Numbered from the stretch's first letter, positions 1 to 10,865 are shown. The stretch is DNA of 64,000 bases from an uncultured Muribaculaceae bacterium (GCA_964628905.1 CAZVNS010000002.1:25767-89766), one strand, 5' to 3'. Notes: generated by a model not told the origin, from the letters alone. Translations and numbers: made by a program.

Positions 1-2
1 AC

Positions 3-1115
3 CACCTTTATAAATACACTTACGCCGGAGCACAGCAGCGTCAGATTACTTCCGGCGACTGGAACGTGACCGACTACTATGGCATGGACGCCGCCGGCAA
101 CCACTACTTCCAGTCGACCTCCACATCACCCCTTGACCGCACCGTCGAGGTGGTCGACGCAAATGGCGCCCGCCGCCAGTTATCCCCCGCCCAAGGTAGC
201 GGTTCGGCAACCTTCTCCCCGGCGATGAACGTCTACACCCTCTGCTACTCCAACACCACGACTCCACCGGTCTACACATTATGTAATATAAAGCACAAAC
301 AGCTGCGCGTGCTTGAGGACAACCAACAGCTCGCTATGAAGGCACAGTCGATGGCTCAGAAGGAATTTTTCACCATGCAGAGCGACGGCGTGACCCTCAA
401 CGGCTACATGATACACCCCAAGAACTTCAACCCCGGCCGACGTTACCCCGTGATCATGTGGCAGTACAGCGGCCCCGGTTCGCAGGAGGTGCTCAACCGC
501 TGGCAGTACACATGGGAGCAGCAGGCTGCCGAGATGGGATTTGGCGTGGTGTGCGTCGATGGCCGCGGCACCGGAGGTCGTGATGCAGAGTTCTGCCACA
601 TCGTTTATCGCCACTTAGGCCATTACGAGACTATCGATCAGGTGAATGCCGCCCGCCATGTAGCCTCCCTCCCCTGGGTTGACCCCAAATGCATAGGCAT
701 CGCCGGATGGAGCTACGGAGGGTATGAGACACTGATGGCCGCCTCCGACAAGAGCGCCCCCTACTCAGCCGCCGTGGCCATTGCCCCCGTGACCGACTGG
801 CGCTACTATGACACCGTCTACACCGAGCGCTACATGCTCACCCCCCGCGAGAATGAGGAGGGGTACGACGAGTCGGCCCCCATCTCCCGCGTGAACCAAT
901 TGGGCTGCCCATTGTTGATGATGCATGGCACATCAGACGACAACGTGCATCTGGCCAACACCATGGAATACGCCTCACGGATGATAGCCGACGGCGCGTT
1001 CTGCGACATGATGCTCTTCCCCGGCATGAACCACTCAATCAAAGGCTGCGATGCCCGCGCGGTGGTCTACGGCAAGATGCTCAGCTTCTTCAACCAGCAC
1101 CTTAACAACAAGTGA
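3..1115 (+). CDS. dipeptidyl-peptidase IV-like S9B serine peptidase, C-terminal part (5' end outside the window)
   Basis: The frame is open from nt 3 (..ITSGDWNVTDYYG..). Alpha/beta-hydrolase domain with nucleophile elbow GWSYGGY and later HGTSDDNVH, typical of the S9B family. Confidence 0.85.
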   Translation, partial: HLYKYTYAGAQQRQITSGDWNVTDYYGMDAAGNHYFQSTSTSPLDRTVEVVDANGARRQLSPAQGSGSATFSPAMNVYTLCYSNTTTPPVYTLCNIKHKQLRVLEDNQQLAMKAQSMAQKEFFTMQSDGVTLNGYMIHPKNFNPGRRYPVIMWQYSGPGSQEVLNRWQYTWEQQAAEMGFGVVCVDGRGTGGRDAEFCHIVYRHLGHYETIDQVNAARHVASLPWVDPKCIGIAGWSYGGYETLMAASDKSAPYSAAVAIAPVTDWRYYDTVYTERYMLTPRENEEGYDESAPISRVNQLGCPLLMMHGTSDDNVHLANTMEYASRMIADGAFCDMMLFPGMNHSIKGCDARAVVYGKMLSFFNQHLNNK

Positions 1116-1131
1116 CATAAACAGATACACA

Positions 1132-2469
1132 GTGGGCGATAAACAGCGACTCAACTTCGTAAAGGCAATCAAGGGGCTCTTTGTCCAATGGGCGATATGC
1201 GTGGGCTTCTTAGCCGGATTGTCACTGCTGTCGATGTGGATACCGATGTTCTGGGTGCCCTTTATAGGCCTGTGTATGGCCATTATAGTCTATCACTATC
1301 ATTGTCAGACAGGTAAAGAGAAGCCACAAGTGTGCGGCCGCGCATATTATGTGGCAAACCTCACCTTGGGATGGTCGTCGCTCATCATGATCGTCTGGCA
1401 CTTGGTAATCAACCACACCGACTGGGTGTCGGAGATATGGCTCAAGCACACACCACTGAACTTCGAAATACCCTATATCCCCATACTCATCACCGGGCCG
1501 ATGGCGACACTGATATGCGGATGGTTGCTCTCCCGGCGTCGCAAGCACCCCTACTGCCGCCGCTGCATCATCGTCAATGGCGAGCCGGCGGAGCGCGGAT
1601 TTCTTGGACGACTGTTCGATCAGGAGAGCAGCGCACAGATATGGCTGTTGTTCGGCCTTTCGCTATTCCTCACTATTGGCGAGTACATCTACTATGTGCT
1701 GAGCTTCATCACCACCGACCTTAATGGCAGCGACAAATTCTTCTTCGGATGGGTTCCGACAATCATCTATCTGATGTCGCTCATATACCTTGCCCTGCGA
1801 TACTTGGGCATTATCGCATACTACAACCGCGAGATGTCAGGGAGCGTGTTCAACAACGGCAACTTCTCGATGGTGCGTTTCCTGGTGATCAGCGGCGACC
1901 ACTTGCTACTGGCCGAGCCGGAGACGATGTCGAGCAGCGCCAACCTGCAAAACTCCAAATACGACACTCCCGCAGCTCTGACCGCGGGCTATCACAAGCG
2001 TGTGGAGGTTTGGGAGGCTGAGACCTACTTCCGCGGAACAGCCGGCATCGACGCGGGGACGCGCTTCCTCTACCGCACCGACACTGAGGATTCGGGCAGC
2101 AACATATTCCACTTTGCGGCCATCATCGACGACCCCGCGGAGATTGAGAAGTCACGCCTAAAGGGGGAGTGGGTGACACAAGGCGCCCTCCAGGGGATGA
2201 TCGACCGACATCAGATAGCGCCACTGCTCGTATCGGAGCTCAACCGCATATTCCACATCACACTGGCGTGGAAAACCTACGACCGCACCGGTCACCGACT
2301 ATACGCGATCAAGCACTATAAGCCAGCGTTCCGCCTGCGCGAACTCCCCACATCCGACGTCGACTTCAACGATTCCACATGGCTCCGTGTGGCCGACAAC
2401 AATGAGGACCGCCCATTCTTCCGCCTCCGCAAATGGTGGCACAAGTATATCAGCAGCAACGGCCGTTGA
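1132..2469 (+). CDS. hypothetical multi-pass membrane protein with a soluble C-terminal domain of unknown function
   Basis: Long ORF with several hydrophobic helices in the N-terminal half and a roughly 200-aa hydrophilic C-terminal half. The ORF-track start at 1051 overlaps the DPP-IV gene. The first start after its stop is GTG 1132, with ATG 1234 as an alternative, so the start is uncertain. Confidence 0.5.
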   Translation: MGDKQRLNFVKAIKGLFVQWAICVGFLAGLSLLSMWIPMFWVPFIGLCMAIIVYHYHCQTGKEKPQVCGRAYYVANLTLGWSSLIMIVWHLVINHTDWVSEIWLKHTPLNFEIPYIPILITGPMATLICGWLLSRRRKHPYCRRCIIVNGEPAERGFLGRLFDQESSAQIWLLFGLSLFLTIGEYIYYVLSFITTDLNGSDKFFFGWVPTIIYLMSLIYLALRYLGIIAYYNREMSGSVFNNGNFSMVRFLVISGDHLLLAEPETMSSSANLQNSKYDTPAALTAGYHKRVEVWEAETYFRGTAGIDAGTRFLYRTDTEDSGSNIFHFAAIIDDPAEIEKSRLKGEWVTQGALQGMIDRHQIAPLLVSELNRIFHITLAWKTYDRTGHRLYAIKHYKPAFRLRELPTSDVDFNDSTWLRVADNNEDRPFFRLRKWWHKYISSNGR

Positions 2470-2472
2470 CAC

Positions 2473-3411
2473 ATGGACAGCAACACCCGGATACTCGTGA
2501 TCACCGGCCCGACGGCCTCGGGCAAGACCCGCCGGGCCGTAGACTGCGCCAAAGCCTTCGGCGGTGAGGTCATCAGTGCCGACTCGCGGCAGGTGTACCG
2601 CGGCATGGACCTCGGCACCGGCAAGGATATCGACGAATATGGCCCGGTGCCATACCACCTGGTCGACATCGCTGAACCGGGCGAGAAATACAACCTCTAC
2701 CGCTTCCTCGACGACTACAACCGTGTGGCCGATGAAATCGCCGGACGCGGACAGATGCCGATACTCTGTGGCGGCACTGGACTTTATGTAGAGTCGGCAA
2801 TCAACGGAGTGAAGCTGCCCGAAGTGCCCGAAAACCCACAGTTGCGCCAATCGCTCCGCGGCAAAACCCTCGACGAGCTAACCGTAATCCTCGCCTCGAT
2901 GAAGACCCTGCACAACGTCACCGACGTCGACTCATGCCAGCGCGCCATCCGCGCCATCGAGATACAGACCTATTACTCCGAGCACCAGTGCAACCCACAG
3001 CCTCTCACCCCCGACAGCGTAGGCCGCGACCCCAAGCCGTTGATAGTCGGGGTGGACATCGACCGCGAGGCACGCCGCGAGCGCATAAGCCGTCGCCTCC
3101 GCGAGCGCCTCGACGCAGGGATGATTGATGAGGTGCAAGGGTTGATCAACCGTGGCGTGTCGCCCGAAAGCCTGATATATTACGGGTTGGAATACAAATA
3201 CTTGACTCTACATGTGATAGGTGAGCTTACCTATGACCGGATGGTGAGTCAGCTCGAGATTGCCATCCATCAGTTCGCCAAGCGGCAGATGACTTGGTTC
3301 CGCGGCATGGAGCGGCGCGGTCACACCATACACTGGCTCCGATACGATCTGCCGACAGATGAATTTGTCGGTGAAGTGTCAAAATTGTTAAATCAACAGT
3401 ATAAGGGATAA
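2473..3411 (+). CDS. miaA: tRNA dimethylallyltransferase
   Basis: P-loop GPTASGKT followed by ISADSRQVYRGMDLGTGK, and about 310 aa long, both diagnostic of the IPP transferase family. Confidence 0.9.
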   Translation: MDSNTRILVITGPTASGKTRRAVDCAKAFGGEVISADSRQVYRGMDLGTGKDIDEYGPVPYHLVDIAEPGEKYNLYRFLDDYNRVADEIAGRGQMPILCGGTGLYVESAINGVKLPEVPENPQLRQSLRGKTLDELTVILASMKTLHNVTDVDSCQRAIRAIEIQTYYSEHQCNPQPLTPDSVGRDPKPLIVGVDIDREARRERISRRLRERLDAGMIDEVQGLINRGVSPESLIYYGLEYKYLTLHVIGELTYDRMVSQLEIAIHQFAKRQMTWFRGMERRGHTIHWLRYDLPTDEFVGEVSKLLNQQYKG

Positions 3412-3499
3412 AATTGTCAAAATGTCAGAAAAAAGTGTTAACTTTGCATCCTAAAAGTGATTATCACATTATCTGAAAAATTAGGAATAATACAGTGCT

Positions 3500-4354
3500 A
3501 TGAAGATATATGCAATAGGCGTAGCCGTAGCGGCGGTAGCCATCCTCAGCGGTTGTTCAGCCCATAAGAAAGTACCCTTGATCCAGTATGCAGATACCAT
3601 CCCGGCCGAGATTTTGGCACAGCCCCTGCCGTCGGAGGACCCCATACTTCGTCCCGGTGACATGCTCAACATCGAGGTATCGTCGACCGACCCCATCGCC
3701 ACAGCCCCCTTCAACAAAGGTCATTATCTCGACGCCGAGGGGCACATCCAGTCGTACGGACACTCCAATAACAACCTGATTAACAGCAACAACGGCATCA
3801 CCAACACCGCATCGACCGAGTATTACCTGGTCAATAAGGAGGGCAACATCATCTTCCCCATCGTCGGTGAGTTGCATGTGGCCGGACTGACCAAAGACCA
3901 GGCCCAGGATGTAATCGTCAACGCCATTTATCCCAAATATCTGAAAATCAAGCCTACGGTTGATGTGCGTTTCATGAACTTCCGCGTGACAGTGCTTGGC
4001 GCCGTAGGGCATCCCGGCATCATCGTGTCGCCCAACGAGCAGCTCAACATCTTTGAGGCCCTGGCCATGGTGGGTGACCTCGACATACAGGCCGACCGCG
4101 AGAACCTGCTGCTGGTGCGCACCAATCCCGACGGCTCGCGCGAGGCGCACCGTCTCGACGTGCACGACAAGAACATGCTCTTCTCGCCCTACTTCAACCT
4201 CAAGCCCAACGACATGATCTATGTCAACTACAACCGCTCAGGCGCGCAGAACGCTTGGCAGATCTCGCAGGGCTTCACCACCACACTCGCAGTGGTCGGC
4301 GGCCTATCGTCGGTAACAGCGCTTGTGATAAGCATTATTAACCTCACAAAGTAA
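3500..4354 (+). CDS. polysaccharide export outer-membrane lipoprotein (Wza/BexD-like)
   Basis: Signal peptide ending ILSGC (lipobox), then a Poly_export-like region (PGDMLNIEV) and an SLBB-like region. It lies immediately upstream of a Wzc-like kinase gene. Confidence 0.8.
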   Translation: MKIYAIGVAVAAVAILSGCSAHKKVPLIQYADTIPAEILAQPLPSEDPILRPGDMLNIEVSSTDPIATAPFNKGHYLDAEGHIQSYGHSNNNLINSNNGITNTASTEYYLVNKEGNIIFPIVGELHVAGLTKDQAQDVIVNAIYPKYLKIKPTVDVRFMNFRVTVLGAVGHPGIIVSPNEQLNIFEALAMVGDLDIQADRENLLLVRTNPDGSREAHRLDVHDKNMLFSPYFNLKPNDMIYVNYNRSGAQNAWQISQGFTTTLAVVGGLSSVTALVISIINLTK

Positions 4355-4364
4355 TTCATCGCAG

Positions 4365-6764
4365 ATGAACGAGAATAATATCGATAAGGAGAAAGAACAA
4401 GACAAGATGGATGTGGCGTTCGACCTCGGCGGACTGCTTCTCGATTATCTTGGCAATTGGAAATGGTTTGTGCTCAGCGTGGTGCTTTGTGCCTTCGCTG
4501 CGCATTTCTATATCAAGACGGTGATACCCACCTACGAGGTATCAGCCTCAATCTATCTTAACGGCGACGCCGCCAACCTGGCCGCTCAAGCCCTGTCTAT
4601 GTCCGACAATGATATGTCGTCGCAGAAGCAATTCCTCGACGAGACCGAGTTTGAGCTGATGAAGTCGCGCAACAACATGATGAAGGTTGTAGACTCGCTC
4701 GACCTGTATTACTCCTACGCTGAGGTGTCGCGTTTTCGCAACACCCCCATCTATAAGACCAACCAGGTGAGTGTCAAACTCGACACCCCCTACTTAGCCA
4801 ATCTTGACAAAATCATCACCCTTGAGCTGACCAACGGCGAAAAGGGTGGGGTGAACGTCAACCGCACCGTCGATGGTGAGCTCAAGTCATACGCCGTGGC
4901 CACCTTCCCCGACACCATCAAGCTGGACGAAGGCCCGCTGATCGTAGATTGCAAAGAGGGCTTCAAAGGGCTCGTCAACCCCATGGAGGTGCAGATCATG
5001 CCTCGGCGTGTGGCCGCCGGCCGCCTTACCGGAGACATGAGTATCCAGTATGCCGAAAAATCATTCACCGTGGTGCGCATCAATTACACCACTCCCCTTG
5101 TGGCTGAGGGCGTCGATGTGGTCAACACCATGATCAAGTTTTACAACGACGACATTATCGCCGACAAGAACCGTGCCGCCATCCAGACCGAGGCATTTAT
5201 CGTCGACCGTCTGAAGATGATAGCCAACGACCTGAAGGAAGTGGAGACTCAACTTGCGCAATATCAGAGCGAAAACAACGCCATCAACCTGGAAGGTCAG
5301 ACTCAGATGAACATGATGCAAAAGCAGGAGGCCGAGGATGAGATCGTCAACCTGCGCAGCGAGCGCGATAAGCTCGTCGAAGGCCGCAACTTAGTGCAGA
5401 GCGTTCCCGAGTTCCAGCCCATCTATGGTTTAAATTCAGATCCCGCCGTCGCTGAAAAAATCGAGGAGTACAACAAGAAAATCCGATCGTACGAAAACCT
5501 CTCCAACCTCACCGACGAGAATGTGCAGAAGCGCGAGCTGAAAGAGGAGATACCTCAACTCCGCCGCGGCATCATATCCACCATCAACCAAGGCATCAAG
5601 GGGTATGACGGTAAAATCCGCGCATTGCAAAGTCAAGCAGGTCAGGCAACAGCCAATACCTCATATATTCCTGAGAAGAAAAAAGGTTTGGAAGAGATTT
5701 TCCGCGATCAGCAGGTTAAGGTCAACATCTACACCTTCCTGCTCCAAAAGCGAGAGGACATCGCCTTGCAGAAGAACCTCGCCACGCCTACCGCCCGCCT
5801 AATCGACGACCCCACAGGCTCAGGCCCCGTATCGCCCAAGCGCGGCACGATCTATGCGCTCGCCCTGCTCATCGGTCTGGCGATCCCCGGAGGCATCATC
5901 TACCTGCGCCGTATGCTTTTCCCCGTATTCGCTGACCGCAACGACCTTGAGCGTGTCACCAGGGTGCCGGTGCTTAGCGAAATCAACCGTGTGAAGAAGT
6001 TGGACTCAGATATCGTGGTCAGCGCAAGTGGCACTACGGTAAGCGACGAGCTGTTCCGTCTGCTGCGCAACAACATCAAGTTTGTCATGGGTAAGGGTAA
6101 AGTGATGCTCGTCACCTCATCGCTCTCAGGCGAGGGTAAGACCTTTATCGCCACCAACCTGGCCATGTCGTTCGCCCTCACCGGCAAGCGTACCCTCGTG
6201 GTCGGACTCGATATACGCAGCCCGAAGCTTGCTCACGCATTCGGTATCAGCGACCGTGAAGGTATCACCAACTATCTTTGCGGCCAGACCGACGATTGGG
6301 CCTCGTTGGTTAAGCAGTCGTCGGAATGCCCCGACCTCTATGTGCTCCCCGCCGGATTCATACCGCCCAACCCCAATGAGCTGCTGCTGAGCGACCGACT
6401 CTCCGTCCTGATCCAGCAAGCCCGCGAAAGCTACGACTACATCATTCTCGACACAGCTCCTATCGGCCTGGTATCCGACTCACTGCTGATAACCCATCTG
6501 ACCGATGTACAGATATATGTAACCTGCGCTCGGTTCTCAACCCAGCGCTGCATCAAGCTGATGCACAACAATATCAAGTCGGGACGTCTGCCTCACGCCT
6601 ATCTGGTGCTCAACGGCGTGGACATGCGTTCAAGGACTTACTACTACCGCAGCTACGGTCAGTACGGCGGCAAGTCGGGTAAGGGCTACGGCTATGGCTA
6701 TGGCACTGAGACTCCTCGCTTGTCGTCACGCAAGAGCAACGTATGGCGTAAGCGTCGCAAATAA
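4365..6764 (+). CDS. chain-length determinant / tyrosine autokinase (Wzc/GumC-like)
   Basis: N-terminal TM plus a Wzz-like coiled-coil region, a second TM, Walker A SSLSGEGKT, and a C-terminal Tyr cluster YYYRSYGQYGGKSGKGYGYGYG. Confidence 0.85.
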   Translation: MNENNIDKEKEQDKMDVAFDLGGLLLDYLGNWKWFVLSVVLCAFAAHFYIKTVIPTYEVSASIYLNGDAANLAAQALSMSDNDMSSQKQFLDETEFELMKSRNNMMKVVDSLDLYYSYAEVSRFRNTPIYKTNQVSVKLDTPYLANLDKIITLELTNGEKGGVNVNRTVDGELKSYAVATFPDTIKLDEGPLIVDCKEGFKGLVNPMEVQIMPRRVAAGRLTGDMSIQYAEKSFTVVRINYTTPLVAEGVDVVNTMIKFYNDDIIADKNRAAIQTEAFIVDRLKMIANDLKEVETQLAQYQSENNAINLEGQTQMNMMQKQEAEDEIVNLRSERDKLVEGRNLVQSVPEFQPIYGLNSDPAVAEKIEEYNKKIRSYENLSNLTDENVQKRELKEEIPQLRRGIISTINQGIKGYDGKIRALQSQAGQATANTSYIPEKKKGLEEIFRDQQVKVNIYTFLLQKREDIALQKNLATPTARLIDDPTGSGPVSPKRGTIYALALLIGLAIPGGIIYLRRMLFPVFADRNDLERVTRVPVLSEINRVKKLDSDIVVSASGTTVSDELFRLLRNNIKFVMGKGKVMLVTSSLSGEGKTFIATNLAMSFALTGKRTLVVGLDIRSPKLAHAFGISDREGITNYLCGQTDDWASLVKQSSECPDLYVLPAGFIPPNPNELLLSDRLSVLIQQARESYDYIILDTAPIGLVSDSLLITHLTDVQIYVTCARFSTQRCIKLMHNNIKSGRLPHAYLVLNGVDMRSRTYYYRSYGQYGGKSGKGYGYGYGTETPRLSSRKSNVWRKRRK

Positions 6765-6792
6765 CCTAAAACACATTATTTACCAAATTAAT

Positions 6793-7479
6793 ATGATTAT
6801 GAAAAAGTATTTATCAGAGATGTTTGGCACACTGGTGCTGGTGCTCATGGGCTGCGGTGTGGCCGTTAGCCTTAATTGCGGAGTTGACGCAGGTTCAGTA
6901 GTAGGCACAGCCTTTGCCTTCGGTCTGGCCGTGGTGGCCATGGCCTACACCATAGGTGGCATCAGCGGATGCCACATCAACCCCGCCATCACACTCGGCG
7001 TATGGCTTTCGCGTCGCATGAGCGGCCGCGACGCCATCATGTACATGATATTCCAAGTGATAGGCGCCATCATCGGAGCTGCTCTTCTCTACTGGCTCGT
7101 CGACTCTAACACGGCTCTCAACGGCATGGGAGCTAACAAATGCCAAGAAGGAGTGTCGACCTTGGGCGGACTCCTCTCAGAAATCATCTTCACCTTCGTG
7201 TTTGTGCTCGTAGTGCTGGGCACTACTGATGAGAAGAAGGGCGCAGGCAAGTTTGCCGGCCTGGCCATCGGCCTGTCGCTGGTGCTCGTCCACCTGGTGT
7301 GCATCGCCTACACCGGCACTTCAGTCAATCCCGCCCGTTCAATCGGTCCGGCCCTGTTTGCCCGCGGCGCGGCCCTTGAGCAGCTTTGGATCTTCATCGT
7401 TGGCCCCTTCGTGGGAGCTATCCTCTCTGCCGGCGTGTGGGCTTTGCTCGGTACCGACAGCAAGAAAACCGACGAATAA
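6793..7479 (+). CDS. aqpZ: aquaporin (MIP family)
   Basis: Two NPA boxes (HINPAITLG, VNPARSIGPA) and six hydrophobic helices. The start is trimmed to ATG 6793 (MIMKKYLSEMFG) to avoid overlapping the previous gene. Confidence 0.9.
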   Translation: MIMKKYLSEMFGTLVLVLMGCGVAVSLNCGVDAGSVVGTAFAFGLAVVAMAYTIGGISGCHINPAITLGVWLSRRMSGRDAIMYMIFQVIGAIIGAALLYWLVDSNTALNGMGANKCQEGVSTLGGLLSEIIFTFVFVLVVLGTTDEKKGAGKFAGLAIGLSLVLVHLVCIAYTGTSVNPARSIGPALFARGAALEQLWIFIVGPFVGAILSAGVWALLGTDSKKTDE

Positions 7480-7498
7480 TCCGAAAATGTAGTTTTCA

Positions 7499-7522
7499 GG
7501 GGACGCACCTCAGTGCGTCCCC
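7499..7522 (+). terminator. GC-rich hairpin downstream of aqpZ (GGGGACGCAC-ctca-GTGCGTCCCC)
   Basis: Perfect 10-bp stem 20 nt after the aqpZ stop, with no T-tract after it. A second perfect 9-bp hairpin (GGGCGTAAT-gct-ATTACGCCC) lies at 7531-7551. Confidence 0.5.
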
Positions 7523-7588
7523 TACATAGTGGGCGTAATGCTATTACGCCCCTGAGATGGGGTCTTACAATGCAAGTGAACTCACAAT

Positions 7589-9550
7589 ATGGCAATTTCA
7601 TTAAGGATTAAGCGATTATACACGTTTGTGCTGCAGAGTTTCCTGCCGCTATTCCTGATGACATTCTTTATTTGTCTGTTCATAGTGCTGATGCAGTTCC
7701 TGTGGCGCTATGTCGACGACCTTGTGGGTAAGGGGCTGGAGCTGAGTGTTATCGGTGAGCTATTCTTCTACGCCGCGCTGACTATGGTGCCGATGGCTCT
7801 CCCATTGGCGGTGCTCCTGGCGTCGCTGATGACATTTGGCAACCTTGGTGAGCGAGTGGAGCTGACGGCGATGAAGGCCGCCGGCGTGTCGCTACTCAAG
7901 GCCATGCGCCCTCTGATAGTGCTGATGGTGCTGATAGCCATCGGTGCATTCTTTTTCCAGAACAATGTACTGCCCATAGCGCAGACCAAGATGTGGACGC
8001 TGCTCTTCTCGATGCGTCAGAAAACCCCTGAGGCTGAGATACCTGAGCGCGTGTTTTACGATCAGTTGCCGGGGCTAAACATCTATGTGCAGCATAAGGA
8101 CCCCGAAACCGGCATGCTCTACGATGTGATGATCTACGACATCTCCAAGGGGTTTGAGAACTCGCGCATACTCCTCGCCGACTCAGGCTCAATGGCTGTC
8201 ACTGAGGACCAAAGCCACATCTTCCTGCAACTCCACCACGGCTCACAGTTCGAAAATCTGCGCGAGTCAAACGGCTCTTCCAATCCCGGCAACATGCCTT
8301 ACCGGCGCGAGCAATTCGACGAAAAGTCAATCATCGTGGCCTTCGATACCAGTTTCTCTCGAATGGACGAGGGTGGCATGCGCAACCAGTATGTGGGCAA
8401 AAACATCACTGAGTTGCAAGCCACCATTGACTCGCTTAACATCAAGGTCGACTCCGCCGGATACTCCCAGGGTCGGCTCCTTGTGGAGACACCGATGCTC
8501 GGCATCGACTACTACAAGCGCGTGATGGTCGATGGACAAGTGGAGCAAGTGCCTAACAAGCCGGTGACTCTTGTGGAGCCGCTCGACCTCGACTCCCTGG
8601 TCAATGTGGCACAGGGCACCATGGCTCGCACCTATTACAACCAAGCCATTAACAAGGCCAAGCGTCTGGAGCAGACTTACGAGTTCAAACGTCTGACGAT
8701 GGACGACACGCAGAAGAATATTCGCCGCCACGGTATCGAGATGCATAAGAAATTTACACTTTCGTTCGCGTGCATCATATTCTTCTTTATCGGCGCACCG
8801 CTCGGCGCCATTATCCGCAAGGGTGGCTTGGGCATGCCGTTGATCATCTCAGTGTTCCTCTTCATCGTCTACTATATCATCGAAAACACCGGCTACAAGA
8901 TGGCCCGCGAAGGTCGCATCGGGGTGTGGGAAGGTATGTGGCTCAGTTCGGCTGTGCTTCTACCATTAGGTATATTCTTTACCTACAAGGCGATGCGCGA
9001 CTCCGCCGTGTTCAATAAGGACGCTTACCTCAACTTCTTCAACCGGCTCTTCGGCATCCGCCCGGCACGCCACTTCGAGGTCAAGGAGTTTACGATGGAT
9101 GAGGTCAACCCCACCGTCGGGCGTGACATGGTGGACGAACTCGACAGCGAGGCCCGTTCGGCCGTCGCCGCCTCTAAGTCGCGCATGGGCTACTTCGGCT
9201 ATTTGCGCCACGGCATCATGCCCGGTGTGCTGGAGCCCCTTGAGGCAAAACTTGAGCAAACAGTCACATATCTATCCAACTCACAGGAGCAGTTGGTTGT
9301 TAACAAGATAAGCGACTACCCCACGTTGCCGCATCTGTGGCTTATCCACCCGTTCAGCCACAACTGGAGCGCGTGGGCAGCGGCGATATTCTTCCCCTTG
9401 GGGTTGCCGCTGTGGCTGTTGGCTATCCGCGAGCGTAAAGAGATACGCCGCGAACTGCAACTTATTATCAATACCGACGACCAGCTCCTGACCATCCTCG
9501 CCCCTATGTCGACTGAGACTGAGGCAGGTCAGGACACAACCAACTCATAA
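7589..9550 (+). CDS. LptF/LptG (YjgP/YjgQ) family permease, long form
   Basis: The N-terminal pattern [42 protein letters not shown] and the TM layout are typical of Bacteroidota YjgP/YjgQ proteins. A roughly 160-aa C-terminal extension carries an extra TM. Confidence 0.75.
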   Translation: MAISLRIKRLYTFVLQSFLPLFLMTFFICLFIVLMQFLWRYVDDLVGKGLELSVIGELFFYAALTMVPMALPLAVLLASLMTFGNLGERVELTAMKAAGVSLLKAMRPLIVLMVLIAIGAFFFQNNVLPIAQTKMWTLLFSMRQKTPEAEIPERVFYDQLPGLNIYVQHKDPETGMLYDVMIYDISKGFENSRILLADSGSMAVTEDQSHIFLQLHHGSQFENLRESNGSSNPGNMPYRREQFDEKSIIVAFDTSFSRMDEGGMRNQYVGKNITELQATIDSLNIKVDSAGYSQGRLLVETPMLGIDYYKRVMVDGQVEQVPNKPVTLVEPLDLDSLVNVAQGTMARTYYNQAINKAKRLEQTYEFKRLTMDDTQKNIRRHGIEMHKKFTLSFACIIFFFIGAPLGAIIRKGGLGMPLIISVFLFIVYYIIENTGYKMAREGRIGVWEGMWLSSAVLLPLGIFFTYKAMRDSAVFNKDAYLNFFNRLFGIRPARHFEVKEFTMDEVNPTVGRDMVDELDSEARSAVAASKSRMGYFGYLRHGIMPGVLEPLEAKLEQTVTYLSNSQEQLVVNKISDYPTLPHLWLIHPFSHNWSAWAAAIFFPLGLPLWLLAIRERKEIRRELQLIINTDDQLLTILAPMSTETEAGQDTTNS

Positions 9551-9557
9551 CCAGACA

Positions 9558-10766
9558 ATGATAAAGCTTGACTCTGTCGAAGAGGCTTTGGCCGACTTCA
9601 AGCAAGGTAAAATAGTGATAGTGGTCGACGATGAGGACCGCGAGAATGAGGGCGACTTCATAGCCGCCGCCGAAACCATCACCCCCGAGCAGGTCAACTT
9701 CATGCTCAAACATGCACGCGGTGTGCTCTGCGCGCCCATCACGCTGTCGCGCGCCGAGGCTCTCGACCTCCCCCCGCAGGTTGTCACCAACACCTCGATG
9801 CTCGGCACACCGTTCACCGTCACCGTCGACAAACTTGAGGGATGCACCACCGGAGTGTCGGCCCACGACCGCGCCGCCACCATCCGCGCCCTCGCTGACC
9901 CTAATTCCACCCCCGCCACATTCGGTCGTCCCGGACACATCAACCCCCTCTACGCCCAGGATCAGGGTGTGCTTCGCCGTGCCGGTCACACCGAGGCCGC
10001 CATCGATCTCGCCCGCCTGTCGGGCCTACAGCCAGCGGCCGCGCTGATGGAGGTGATGAACGACGATGGCACCATGGCTCGCCTCCCTCAACTTCGTGAG
10101 ATTGCCGACCAGTGGGGCCTGAAGCTCATATCGATAGCCCAGCTCATAGCCTACCGACTGGAGCGCGAGAGTCTTGTGGAGAAAGGCGTGGAAGTCGACC
10201 TCCCCACGGCTTACGGCCACTTCCGCCTGATACCTTTCCGCCAGAAGAGCAACGGCCTGGAGCACATAGCACTTATCAAAGGTGACCTCTCGACAGCTGA
10301 GCCCGCATTGGTGCGCGTGCATTCATCGTGTGCCACCGGCGACATCTTCGCCTCGAAGCGTTGCGACTGCGGTGAGCAGCTCCACCGCGCCATGCAGATG
10401 GTGGACCGCGAAGGCCGTGGAGCCATCGTCTACCTCAGCCAGGAGGGTCGCGGCATCGGACTGATGGACAAGATACGCGCCTACAAGCTTCAGGAGGAGG
10501 GTATGGACACCGTTGATGCTAACCTCCACTTAGGCCACAAAGCCGACGAACGCGACTACGGCGTTGGCGCTCAGATACTCAAGTCGCTTGGCGTCAGCAA
10601 GATGCGCTTGATGACCAACAACCCTGTGAAGCGCACCGGTCTCGAGGGCTACGGTCTCGAAATCGTGGAGAATGTGCCCATCGAGGTGTCGCCCAACGAG
10701 TACAACGCCCACTACCTCCACACCAAAAAGGACCGCATGGGGCACACCCTGCACCAGATAGATTAA
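9558..10766 (+). CDS. ribBA: bifunctional 3,4-dihydroxy-2-butanone-4-phosphate synthase / GTP cyclohydrolase II
   Basis: DHBPS motif [14 protein letters not shown] and GCH-II zinc and catalytic region [23 protein letters not shown]. Confidence 0.95.
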   Translation: MIKLDSVEEALADFKQGKIVIVVDDEDRENEGDFIAAAETITPEQVNFMLKHARGVLCAPITLSRAEALDLPPQVVTNTSMLGTPFTVTVDKLEGCTTGVSAHDRAATIRALADPNSTPATFGRPGHINPLYAQDQGVLRRAGHTEAAIDLARLSGLQPAAALMEVMNDDGTMARLPQLREIADQWGLKLISIAQLIAYRLERESLVEKGVEVDLPTAYGHFRLIPFRQKSNGLEHIALIKGDLSTAEPALVRVHSSCATGDIFASKRCDCGEQLHRAMQMVDREGRGAIVYLSQEGRGIGLMDKIRAYKLQEEGMDTVDANLHLGHKADERDYGVGAQILKSLGVSKMRLMTNNPVKRTGLEGYGLEIVENVPIEVSPNEYNAHYLHTKKDRMGHTLHQID

Positions 10767-10853
10767 CTCGGTTTGTCGCATAATTGGTGAAAATTTTGCC
10801 TGAAATCGCTAACATTGTAGCCAAATTCGCCGTTTTCTATAGCTGATTTTGGT

Positions 10854-10861
10854 TACCTTTG
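10854..10861 (+). promoter_or_regulatory. candidate Bacteroides-type -7 promoter box TACCTTTG
   Basis: Exact TAnnTTTG match only 4 nt before ATG 10866. This implies either a leaderless mRNA or use of the downstream Met at 10899 (MTIVLSMLASAIAAADA). Confidence 0.4.
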
Positions 10862-10865
10862 CACC

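Noticed and set aside
1051-1131. N-terminal extensions proposed by the ORF track for many genes: 1051, 6694, 11968, 17828, 17912, 33137, 38381, 38859, 48115, 48948, 49709, 50673 and 63580.
   Set aside because: These extensions overlap the preceding gene or a promoter or terminator, and they encode non-conserved sequence. An internal ATG gives the canonical N-terminus or signal peptide, so the starts were trimmed in the feature list.
3500-6764. The Wza-like and Wzc-like pair as the edge of a capsule or EPS biosynthesis island.
   Set aside because: No glycosyltransferase, flippase or polymerase genes adjoin it; it is flanked by miaA and an aquaporin gene. Such stand-alone exporter pairs are ordinary in Bacteroidota.
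9551-9557. An FMN riboswitch upstream of ribBA.
   Set aside because: Only 7 nt separate ribBA from the preceding gene, and no RFN-like element is visible within the upstream coding sequence.
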